A stretch of DNA of 64,000 nt, taken from NCBI GenBank assembly GCA_964540145.1, contig CAZILS010000002.1, positions 61,601-125,600 of the forward strand, in the 5' to 3' direction. The notes under the pieces were generated by a model. That model was not told where the DNA came from, ran no database searches, and saw nothing but the letters and a program-made list of their open reading frames with translations. Shown here one piece after another: positions 47,529 to 55,412 of the stretch. The DNA comes from an uncultured archaeon. GTDB taxonomy: Archaea; Iainarchaeota; Iainarchaeia; Iainarchaeales; CAZILS01. The position numbers were made by a program, and so were the translations under genes. Each line of letters opens with the position of its first letter. Position 1 is the stretch's first letter.

Positions 47529-49958
47529 CTACTGCTCGCGCTCTGCGTGCTTTTCCATTATTATGTTCTTCTCTTCAAGAAGCACCACATCTTTAATCTT
47601 CTCAACAGCGTCTATATTTGCGCTAACCGAGCTAATCCCAAACCTTACAAGCTTCCGGACCATTTCAGGGTTGCTTGCAGCCTGCCCGCAAATCGAGGTT
47701 TTTACACCCGCCTTCCTGCATTTTTTTATCACGTGCTCCAGTTCCCTTATGATTGCGGGATGCAGCTCGGTGAAGAGCTTCTGTATGTGCTCGTTGTTCC
47801 TGTCAACACCCAAAGTAAGCTGCGTCAAATCATTTGTCCCGAATGAAATGAAATCAATTCCCTCATCAATGTACTCGTCAATCGCCCAAACCGAGGCGGG
47901 CGTTTCCACCATAACGCCCATTTCAAAGTCCTTGCTCTCCGGTTCCAGGCCAACTTCCTTGGCAAGCTCCTTTGCGTTTCTGAATTCAGAGGGGTGCTGT
48001 GTGAACGGTATCATGACCCCGACATTTGTGAGGCCCTCCTCCCTAAGCTCTTTGATGGCCTTAAGCTGCCCCTTAAGAAGCCTTGGCTGGTCCAAATCCC
48101 TTCTTATCCCGTGCCATCCCAGCATGGGATTATCCTCTTCAGGCTCGTTCTCCCCTCCCTTTAACTGCCTGAATTCATCGGTCCTTGCATCAAACGTCCT
48201 GTACCAAACAGGCTTTCCCTTAAACTTCTCCGCAACCGTCCTTATCCCTTCTTTGACAGCATTAACCAAACCCTCATCATCGTCCTGCCTTATGTATTCT
48301 GCGGGGTGCTCTCCTTTGGCGGTCATCATATGCTCCGCCCTCAGCAGCCCGACGCCATCGGCATTTGTTTCAGCGGCCTTTTCCGCCGCCGCAGGCAATG
48401 CGACATTCACCTTAACTTTGGTTGAAACAGCCTCCAATAAATCCTCAACATACTCCTTCTCCTCCTCAAGGGGAACCCCTTCTTTTGGATGGTGCACTTC
48501 CTTTGGCAGCTCTATATGCTCTTCCTCGACTTCCTCCTCCAATGCATCTTCCAGTTCCTCAACTTCCTCATCCTTAATAACCTCAATCTCCTCCCCCCGG
48601 GCAGGGCCTTCTATCCGGACCTCGCCCTCATAGACATTTCCCCTGTAGCCGTCAACCGTAACAACCTTGCCGTCTTCCAGCCTCTTCGTTGCGTTCCCCG
48701 ACCCCACGATGCACGGAATCCCGAGCTCCCTGCTCACAATCGCGGCGTGGCAGGTCAGGCCTCCCTCATCCGTAACTATGGCGGAACTCCTCTTCATAAT
48801 CGGCACCCAGTCGGGCGAGGTCATTTTCGTAACAAGTATATCCCCTTTCTGCACCTTGGCGATGTCCGCGGTTTCCGGAACAACGCTCACTTTGGCGCTT
48901 GCCGATCCCGGAGATGCGGCCAAGCCATTCACAAGCACGGGCGCATCCGCCTCCGCACCCATTCCCTTCATTTTCTCGGAAAGGCTCATTGTGGTAATTG
49001 CCCTTGACTGCACAATGTAAAGCGCGTCGTTCTCAAACGCCCATTCGATGTCCTGGGGCGCCTTGTAATGCCCCTCTATCTGCTTCCCTATTTTCCCAAG
49101 TTCGATTATGTGCTTGTCGCTGATTTTCTGTTTACCTTTTTTTTGCCTTGGTACATCCTCTTTTTTGTTTCCTTTTCCCGCCCGTATCAGCATCCATTCC
49201 TGCTCGGCCAGTTTCTTCTCCATAATCTTAAATTTGTTGTTCAGTTCATAGTGGTCCGGCGTAATCTGGCCTCCAACAACAACCTCTCCCAAGCCATATG
49301 CTGCCTCAATAATTATTTTTGTGGTATCTCCTGTCGGATCCGCGGTAAACATTACGCCGCTGCTCTCGCTGTTAACCATCTTCTGGACAACAACCGCAAT
49401 CCCCACCTGCGAAGTGGGGAAATTATTCTTTTTTCGGTAGTATGTTGCCCTCTCGGTGAAAAGCGAGGCCCAGCACTTTTGCACAGTCTCAACAACAGTG
49501 TCCTTTCCCACCACATTCAAATAGGTTTCCTGCTGGCCCGCAAAACTCGCTTCAGGCAAGTCTTCGGCTGTCGCAGAACTCCTTATCGCAACATAGATAT
49601 CCTCGGAACTCGTAAGCCAGCCTATCCTGTTGCTCCCAAGCTTCGCATAATTCTTCTTAATCTCAATTTCAATGTCCTTAGGCATAGGTGTGCCGAGTAT
49701 AATTTGCCTTATTTCCCGGGTTTTTGCGGCCAGATCCGCTGTGCTGTCGACATCTGCCGAGTCGGCAATTCCGACTATTTTCTCTTTTATGCCGCCTTCC
49801 TCCAAAAACTTGAAGTATGCCTGCGCAGTAACAACAAACCCGGGAGGTATCGGGAAATTACTGTTAACCATCTCCCCCAAGTTGGCTCCTTTTCCCCCAA
49901 CAATCCCTATATCGTTTTTTCTTATATCCCTGAACCAGACAACGTTCGCCATTTTCAA
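47529..49958 (-). CDS. ppsA: Phosphoenolpyruvate synthase (pyruvate, water dikinase)
   Basis: 809 aa. GGKGANLGEM and the phosphohistidine motif GGLTCHAAIVSRELGIP. Acidic linker EEVEELEDALEEEVEEEH before the PEP-utilising TIM barrel. Confidence 0.9.
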   Translation of the reverse strand: MKMANVVWFRDIRKNDIGIVGGKGANLGEMVNSNFPIPPGFVVTAQAYFKFLEEGGIKEKIVGIADSADVDSTADLAAKTREIRQIILGTPMPKDIEIEIKKNYAKLGSNRIGWLTSSEDIYVAIRSSATAEDLPEASFAGQQETYLNVVGKDTVVETVQKCWASLFTERATYYRKKNNFPTSQVGIAVVVQKMVNSESSGVMFTADPTGDTTKIIIEAAYGLGEVVVGGQITPDHYELNNKFKIMEKKLAEQEWMLIRAGKGNKKEDVPRQKKGKQKISDKHIIELGKIGKQIEGHYKAPQDIEWAFENDALYIVQSRAITTMSLSEKMKGMGAEADAPVLVNGLAASPGSASAKVSVVPETADIAKVQKGDILVTKMTSPDWVPIMKRSSAIVTDEGGLTCHAAIVSRELGIPCIVGSGNATKRLEDGKVVTVDGYRGNVYEGEVRIEGPARGEEIEVIKDEEVEELEDALEEEVEEEHIELPKEVHHPKEGVPLEEEKEYVEDLLEAVSTKVKVNVALPAAAEKAAETNADGVGLLRAEHMMTAKGEHPAEYIRQDDDEGLVNAVKEGIRTVAEKFKGKPVWYRTFDARTDEFRQLKGGENEPEEDNPMLGWHGIRRDLDQPRLLKGQLKAIKELREEGLTNVGVMIPFTQHPSEFRNAKELAKEVGLEPESKDFEMGVMVETPASVWAIDEYIDEGIDFISFGTNDLTQLTLGVDRNNEHIQKLFTELHPAIIRELEHVIKKCRKAGVKTSICGQAASNPEMVRKLVRFGISSVSANIDAVEKIKDVVLLEEKNIIMEKHAEREQ

Positions 49959-50044
49959 CCGGATAAAACAAGGTCGACCTTATTTAATAGATTATCGCCG
50001 ATTTACGAAAAATAAAATAAGAATTAATTATGTAGAAGAAAACA

Positions 50045-50776
50045 TTATTTTTTCTCGGTGCCTTTAGGCGCTTCCTTTTTCTCCGCGCCCTCTTTGCCCG
50101 GCGGCGCGCCCTCTTTCTTCTCGCCCTCTTCACCATCTTTCTTCTCGCCTTCTTTACCCTCTTTCTTCTGTTCGCCTTCCTTTGCCTCTTCCTCGGCAGC
50201 CTTGACCGCCTGCTCAAGCTTGACCTTCCTTGGCTTTGTCCCTATACTTTCAACGTCCTTCCCTATCCTCACAGAAACCTCGCAGGGGAACCTGTCCTTT
50301 GCGCGGATGAGTGCCTCTTCAGCGGCGGCCAATCCCTTTTCATCTACCAAAACACTGATAATCTTCTGGCCCGGCCTTACCCTTGCCGCCCTTCCTATGG
50401 GTTTTCCAAACGCCTGGCTCATCCCCTGCTGGATTCTGTCTGCGTGGGCTCCCTGCGCCTGCTTGTTCTCCCTAAGGATGTGATGCGGGTAAACCCTGAT
50501 TTTCATGAAGAACCCTTCCTTTCCCACTGTTTTTACAAGATACCTGTTAATTGCCATCCTTGCCGACTCTATCGCATTGTCCCTCACCTGGCAATGCGCC
50601 TCAACCGCCAAATCCAGAATATGCGAGAATGCCTTCATGGAGTTTCCCATGTTGAACTGCCTTGTCTTCAGGCCGGGAACCGCACCGATATAATTCCTTT
50701 TGTGCACTTTGACAGCTACCCTGCAGTACGCCCTGTCCTTTTTCTCACTGTAGCAGTGCCCCGGCCTTAGTCCCAT
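50045..50776 (-). CDS. rpl10e: Ribosomal protein uL16 (L10e) with ~60-aa K/E-rich C-terminal extension
   Basis: 243 aa. MGLRPGHCYS start and an L10e core of about 180 aa. The tail reads AVKAAEEEAKEGEQKKEGKEGEKKDGEEGEKKEGAPPGKEGAEKKEAPKGTEKK. Confidence 0.9.
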   Translation of the reverse strand: MGLRPGHCYSEKKDRAYCRVAVKVHKRNYIGAVPGLKTRQFNMGNSMKAFSHILDLAVEAHCQVRDNAIESARMAINRYLVKTVGKEGFFMKIRVYPHHILRENKQAQGAHADRIQQGMSQAFGKPIGRAARVRPGQKIISVLVDEKGLAAAEEALIRAKDRFPCEVSVRIGKDVESIGTKPRKVKLEQAVKAAEEEAKEGEQKKEGKEGEKKDGEEGEKKEGAPPGKEGAEKKEAPKGTEKK

Positions 50777-50871
50777 TTTAACACCTGACTGATACCTTCC
50801 CTATATCCTGTAAGAGAAAGAGTACTATATATTCTCCCCATACAAAGGTTTTAAAAGCTTGTTTCGCCGGC

Positions 50872-51435
50872 TTACCCGCGCCTCCTGCGCAAATCAATAA
50901 TGCTGTTGAGTATCCTTTCGGAATGGCGCAACCCCCACCAGATTGAGTGGTTCTGCGGTGTCACCGTCTTGTTTTCGGGCTCGGCAAATGCCTTTATTGC
51001 AGAGACCTCCTTTCTCATAACCATGAGCTCGGAGCGGCTTAGCGCCTTCGCAAGCTCAAAGCCCTCCGCAGGGACCCTGTTATGGAGCCCCTTCCCGAGA
51101 TGCTCAAAGTTTTTGGCAACCTCTTCTATCATTGCGGCCGCCTTTACATTTGCCCTCGCCGGCAGCGCCCTTCTTGCGGCAATAATTAGAATGTGTTTCG
51201 CCATCAGTTCCTGCTGCCTAATGTTGTTTCTCTCCCTTTCTGCGCTTCCGGTGGGCGCTTTCGCCCCTTCGAAGGGATATTTGGCATGGAGCATTTCAGA
51301 ATAGGTAATTATTGAATTCTTCGCCTTTGCATCACTGAATTTCCATAGTGTGCCCATCATTCTTCTCACCGCAATTTTTTTTGTGGCACCAATCGCTTTC
51401 TTCATGGGCTTTCTGCCCTTCGGCTTTTCCGGCAT
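50872..51435 (-). CDS. Hypothetical protein (orphan)
   Basis: Start taken at MPEKPKGRKPMKK (51435). The upstream 141 codons of the 328-aa track ORF look like an antisense shadow of the divergent gene. I recognise no family. Confidence 0.4.
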   Translation of the reverse strand: MPEKPKGRKPMKKAIGATKKIAVRRMMGTLWKFSDAKAKNSIITYSEMLHAKYPFEGAKAPTGSAERERNNIRQQELMAKHILIIAARRALPARANVKAAAMIEEVAKNFEHLGKGLHNRVPAEGFELAKALSRSELMVMRKEVSAIKAFAEPENKTVTPQNHSIWWGLRHSERILNSIIDLRRRRG

Positions 51436-51463
51436 AATAATAAATAGCCCCTTTCCCATATTT

Positions 51464-52425
51464 ATGCATATGGTGCTTAAGAGGCTTTTTACAGGCAGGA
51501 AGAGGAAGCCCAAAGAGGACATTAAGCGCAAAACATGGCCCATAAAAATAAAGGGGGACCATGCCCTTGTCGAGGACATAATGGACGAGAAACACCCCCT
51601 TGCGGGCACGGTAAGGCGAAAGGTCCACAAGCACCTTAATCCAATAAAGACATATTCCCTTGGGCAGGGGCTTGCATATATTTTTTCCCGAGATATTTCT
51701 CCAAGCAGGTCGCCAGCAGCATCGACGAGAGGGAATCCTACTTCAAGAGAATTGAGCTTACCCACGCAAGCCAGGAGGGCATAGAGGAATATTACAAAAC
51801 CGCGAGGGACCCCACGCTGCGCACCGAGAACACGGAGATGCCGATTTATGACTGGCATGCCTCAAAGGCCGACCGCATCCTCGGCAAGAATTTCCTGTTT
51901 GGGGAGGAGGCCGCGGAATATGTCAAGCGCATAAAGAATGCGGGCATAGAGATAACCGATAACCCGATGAATGTCGGCATCAAGTGGAGGAAAAGGATGA
52001 CTCTGGAGGAGGCAGAGCAGCTGGCAAAGAAGATACAGGGCAAATATAGCCGGGAGCGTGCGATGAATGACGCCGCCGCCTTAAGAAAGATGCTTGTTGA
52101 GCGGTTCCGGATAGAGGATCCTTCCAAAATGAGCCTGTGGGACTGCTGGAAAAGGCTTAAGGAGCTCCCCCGGGAAGGTTCAATGCCGGCCCCAAGAAGC
52201 CGTGTCGAGTTCCTTGAGTCCGCCCTTGAGAAAAACAACCTGAGGCCTCTCACCCCTATATTTTTTGAGGTTTCCGGAATAAACCTTGAGCTTGCGGAGA
52301 AGCACGTGCAAACCCTCAAGGACCCCCGGAGGAAAAGGGCCGCACTTGACACAATCGCCCAACTTAAGAAATACATCCCGAAAACGGAATGGGGGAAATA
52401 CCATTCTGTGCACTGGGGAGAGTAA
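51464..52425 (+). pseudogene. Hypothetical orphan gene split by a frameshift at a T6 run
   Basis: The frame starting MHMVLKRLFTGRKRKPKE (51464) reads protein-like up to ...GQGLAYIF at 51685. The -1 frame is open from 51640. It reads protein-like through FPRYFSKQVASSIDERESYFKRIEL...TENTEMPIYDW and on to the stop at 52425. No start codon occurs before 51838 in that frame. The junction is TTTTTT at 51681-51686. Confidence 0.4.
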
Positions 52426-52426
52426 A

Positions 52427-52497
52427 AGCTGGGGGAGGGAGTTGAACCCCCTTCTCCCGGTCTGCAGCCGGGTGCATAGCCGTTCTGCCACCCCAGC
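52427..52497 (-). tRNA. tRNA-Cys (anticodon GCA), 71 nt, no encoded CCA
   Basis: Hand-folded cloverleaf. Acceptor GCUGGGG/CCCCAGC. D-arm GCAG-AACGGCU-AUGC with GG. Anticodon arm CCCGG-CUGCAGA-CCGGG. 4-nt variable loop. T-arm GGGGG-UUCAACU-CCCUC. Discriminator U73, a Cys identity element. Confidence 0.85.
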
Positions 52498-52606
52498 AGA
52501 CTTTTTTCCAAAAAGTCTACAAAAATGTCCCTCTCCGAGGAACAGACTTTTTTCCAAAAAGTCTACAAAAATGTCCCTCTCCGAGGAACAGACTTTTTTC
52601 CAAAAA
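52497..52606. repeat. Perfect 46-bp tandem direct repeat, 2.4 copies, abutting the tRNA-Cys 5' end
   Basis: The unit is CAGACTTTTTTCCAAAAAGTCTACAAAAATGTCCCTCTCCGAGGAA. Copies at 52497-52542 and 52543-52588 are identical, and the first 18 nt repeat at 52589-52606. Each unit contains the 9-bp-arm palindrome AGACTTTTT-TCC-AAAAAGTCT. Confidence 0.9.
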
Positions 52607-52614
52607 ACCACAAA

Positions 52615-52712
52615 ATGAGCCCCTTCCCGAAGGGGCGAAACCTCATGAGTTGAGCTTCGCTCAATTTGGGGTTTGCGAACTGTGCCATTGGGCCGGGGGC
52701 GAAATGGCACAG
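52615..52712. other. GC-rich intergenic island with three consecutive hairpins (candidate structured RNA or regulatory element)
   Basis: H1 is GCCCCTT-CCCG-AAGGGGC (52619-52636), with a possible outer ATGAG/CTCAT pairing. H2 is TTGAGC-TTC-GCTCAA (52650-52664). H3 is a 10-bp stem CTGTGCCATT/AATGGCACAG (52680-52689 with 52703-52712). Strand and function unknown. Confidence 0.3.
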
Positions 52713-52801
52713 CCATTAATTAATATACCTCTGCAATCCCTTTTAATTGTTAGTCCTTTGGCAGGTTTGGATATTTATTGGTTTTGCCGCACTTTCCATA
52801 C

Positions 52802-54025
52802 ATGAAGCTCGCCATAGCATCCGACCTGCACCTCGGCTTTTCCTGCGGTTCCGAGAGGGAGCCCGAGAGTTACGATAACGCGGAGAAGGCTATACAGCTC
52901 GCCCTGGACAATAATGCGGATGCACTGCTCCTGCCCGGAGACCTTTTTGACAGCGAGGTTCCAAAGCAGGAGGTCCTGTACAAAGCCCTTCAAATTTTCA
53001 AGCTCGCCAAGGATGCGCCAAAAAGAGAAGTTTCCCTGGCAAAGGAAGGAAAGCCGTGCAGCTTTTCAGGCCTTCCGGTAATCGCAATCCATGGAACACA
53101 CGAGTTCAGGGGAAAGGACTACAAAAATGTCCTTGAAATCCTTGAAAAGGCAGGCTGCCTCTGCTACATCCACGGGGGGCATGCTTTGATTGAGAAAGGC
53201 AATGAAAAAGTTGCCGTCCACGGCATGGGCGGCGTCCCCGAAAAAAAGGCGAAAGATGTTTTGCAAAGATACAATCCGAAGCCCCTTCCCTCCTCGAAGA
53301 ACCTGCTTCTCCTGCACCAATCGATAAAGGAATTTCTGCCTGTCGATGACGAGATGGTCGCAACCCTTTCATTGGAGGACCTTCCAAAAGGCTTTGACCT
53401 TATTGTTAACGGGCATCTCCACTGGCAGAGCGAAATTAACGAGAACGGCGTTCATCTAATAATGCCCGGCTCCACAATCATAACCCAGATGAAGAAACTT
53501 GAAAGCACTAAGGAAAAAGGAATCCTCATTTACGATACCGAAAATTCAAAGCCAGAATTCATTCCCCTTCCCTCGCAAAGGAAATTCTTCTACAGGAAGA
53601 TAAAGCTCACAAACACAACCCCCGAGCAGGCGCTTGCGGAGGCAAATAAGGCAATCTCTGAAATGCCCCTCGACAATTCTTCCCTAAAACCGCTCGTAAG
53701 GCTAAAGCTAACAGGAACCCTTGCAAAAGGATTCACAAACTCGGACATCTCCCTCTCTTCATTGGAAAAGGAATTCTCGGAAAGGGCTTTGTTCTCAAAC
53801 TCGGTTGACTTCTCCTCCCAATCTTTTATGAAACGAATCTCGGAGCTGAGGGAGATGCAGCGCTCAAAGGTCTCGATTGCCGAGCAGGGCCTAAAGCTCT
53901 TTGAGAAAAACCTGGAGGAGGCCGGCTTCAAGGGCGCATTTGACTCAAGGAGAATATTCACTTTGCTGGAAGACGGCAGGAACGACGAGGCAATGTCTGT
54001 GCTGCTTGCCGCGGCTGAGAAATAA
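52802..54025 (+). CDS. Mre11/SbcD-family metallophosphoesterase (DNA repair nuclease-like)
   Basis: Start taken at MKLAIASDLHLG (the track opens at 52778). Phosphoesterase motifs DLH, LLLPGDLFD, IAIHGTHE, VNGHLH. No rad50-like gene is adjacent. Confidence 0.65.
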   Translation: MKLAIASDLHLGFSCGSEREPESYDNAEKAIQLALDNNADALLLPGDLFDSEVPKQEVLYKALQIFKLAKDAPKREVSLAKEGKPCSFSGLPVIAIHGTHEFRGKDYKNVLEILEKAGCLCYIHGGHALIEKGNEKVAVHGMGGVPEKKAKDVLQRYNPKPLPSSKNLLLLHQSIKEFLPVDDEMVATLSLEDLPKGFDLIVNGHLHWQSEINENGVHLIMPGSTIITQMKKLESTKEKGILIYDTENSKPEFIPLPSQRKFFYRKIKLTNTTPEQALAEANKAISEMPLDNSSLKPLVRLKLTGTLAKGFTNSDISLSSLEKEFSERALFSNSVDFSSQSFMKRISELREMQRSKVSIAEQGLKLFEKNLEEAGFKGAFDSRRIFTLLEDGRNDEAMSVLLAAAEK

Positions 54026-54035
54026 CCGGGCAAAT

Positions 54036-55412
54036 TTAGGATTGCTTCCTGAACGCGGCATAGTCCGCAAGCGCCTTAAGGGAAACCGCGGCTATTTCAG
54101 GATAGTGGAAAGTGGTTATCCCCCCTTCCTCCATCCTCTTAATTTTCTTCCTTGTGAATTCGCTCCCTATTGAAAGGACAACCATCGGCTTCCTTGCCGT
54201 TTTCCGCAGCCTTGCCATTGCCCCGACAATATCGTCCCCCAGAGTAGGGGTATTGAACAGCACAACCACAACAACCATATCCACATTCTTGTCTTTCAGG
54301 GCCGCCTCAACCGCGTTCACATATCTCTTTGTGCCGGCATCCCCGACCAAATCCATAGGATTTCCGACAGTTACTGTGTTTGGCACCCCCTTTTTCAAAC
54401 GTGCCTTGCTCTTTGCGCTCATTTTCGCAAGCTTCAGCCCGTTCCCAATAACCGCGTCTGCGGTAACTATCCCAAATCCGCCCCCGTTTGTTATTATCTG
54501 CACCCTGTTGCCTTTCGGCAAAGGCTCATTCTCAAGTATTTTCGCAAGCGCAAACAGCTCTATCAGGCCCCCTGCCTGTATTATCCCGCTCTGCTCGAAC
54601 ACAGCATCATAAACCTTTGAGGAGCCGGCCAACGAACCTGTGTGCGACATAGTTGCCTTGCGTGTCTCCTCGGCCTTCCCGCCCTTAATCATAACTATCG
54701 GGGTTTTTTTAGAAACTTTTTTAGCATACTCGAAAAACTTCCTCCCGTCTTTCGCCCCCTCCATGTACATCGCTATTACCTTGCTTTTCTTGTCCTTGGC
54801 AAGATACCCGAGCAAATCAGCCTCATCAACATCAACCGCATTCCCGTATGAAATGAATTTTCCCAAGCCAAACTCCTGCCCGGAAGCCCAGTCAAGCAGC
54901 ACAGCCCCCAAAGCCCCGCTTTGGCTAATGAAAGAAACATTGCCCGCCTTTGGCCTGCACATCCTGTCCCCCTGGAAGAAGGTGCTGTCCAGGCCGTTTT
55001 CCGGAACAAGGACTCCTATGCAGTTAGGCCCCATCACCCGCATGCCGGGATTTTTTCCCACAATTTCCTCAATCTCCTTTGCGAGCCCATATTCCCCGAC
55101 CTCGGAGAATCCCGCACTTATGATAATCACAGCCTTAACCTTCTTTACGGCGCACTCCCCAAGCACAATCGGAACTATTTTTGCGGGAACCACAATCACC
55201 GCAAGCTCAACCTTTCCCGGAATCTCCCCGACAGACCTGTAGCTTCTTTTCCCCTGTATCTTCGCATGCTTTGGGTTAACAGGATAGGCTTTTTTCGGCA
55301 TCTTTCCCCTAAGAAAGTTCTGCATTATCGTGTATCCTACGCTCCCCTTCTCGTTCGATGCCCCGATAACGGCGGCACTCTTCGGATAGAAAAAGGAGCC
55401 AAGGGACATCAA
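54036..55412 (-). CDS. acdA: ADP-forming acetyl-CoA synthetase, alpha subunit (CoA-binding plus ligase-CoA domains)
   Basis: 458 aa. FFYPKSAAVIGASNEKGSVG Rossmann CoA-binding start and a phosphohistidine-loop region MSHTGSLAG. Confidence 0.8.
   Translation of the reverse strand: MMSLGSFFYPKSAAVIGASNEKGSVGYTIMQNFLRGKMPKKAYPVNPKHAKIQGKRSYRSVGEIPGKVELAVIVVPAKIVPIVLGECAVKKVKAVIIISAGFSEVGEYGLAKEIEEIVGKNPGMRVMGPNCIGVLVPENGLDSTFFQGDRMCRPKAGNVSFISQSGALGAVLLDWASGQEFGLGKFISYGNAVDVDEADLLGYLAKDKKSKVIAMYMEGAKDGRKFFEYAKKVSKKTPIVMIKGGKAEETRKATMSHTGSLAGSSKVYDAVFEQSGIIQAGGLIELFALAKILENEPLPKGNRVQIITNGGGFGIVTADAVIGNGLKLAKMSAKSKARLKKGVPNTVTVGNPMDLVGDAGTKRYVNAVEAALKDKNVDMVVVVVLFNTPTLGDDIVGAMARLRKTARKPMVVLSIGSEFTRKKIKRMEEGGITTFHYPEIAAVSLKALADYAAFRKQS

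Noticed and set aside
47529-49958. Intein or insertion in PEP synthase, checked also in Lon, RFC-L and TopoVI
   Set aside because: The lengths are normal for these families. The only extra segment in PpsA is a short acidic linker. No intein splice motifs, such as a C-terminal HN followed by C/S/T, were seen.
49984-50217. 77-aa arginine-rich ORF (MSRRSRLPRKRQRKANRRKR...)
   Set aside because: It is an alternative frame on the same strand as the K/E-rich tail of rpl10e. GAA/AAG/GAG repeats automatically read as AGA/AGG/CGN in a shifted frame. It has no independent start signals.
51436-51858. N-terminal 141 codons of the 328-aa minus-strand track ORF 50872-51858
   Set aside because: The composition (C/W/R/F-rich, for example GLRCLWTFRLTVPARGCF) looks like an antisense shadow of the clearly protein-like plus-strand gene. 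The minus gene more plausibly starts at 51435.
50872-52497. Integrated mobile element using tRNA-Cys as attachment site
   Set aside because: The orphan genes abut the tRNA 3' end, which is suggestive. However, I found no integrase or recombinase, no partial duplicate of the tRNA 3' segment (for example GGGAGTTGAACCCC) elsewhere in the window, and no other viral or plasmid hallmark genes.
52497-52606. CRISPR-like array
   Set aside because: The 46-bp units are directly contiguous with no spacers. There are only 2.4 copies and no cas genes in the window, so it is a plain tandem duplication.
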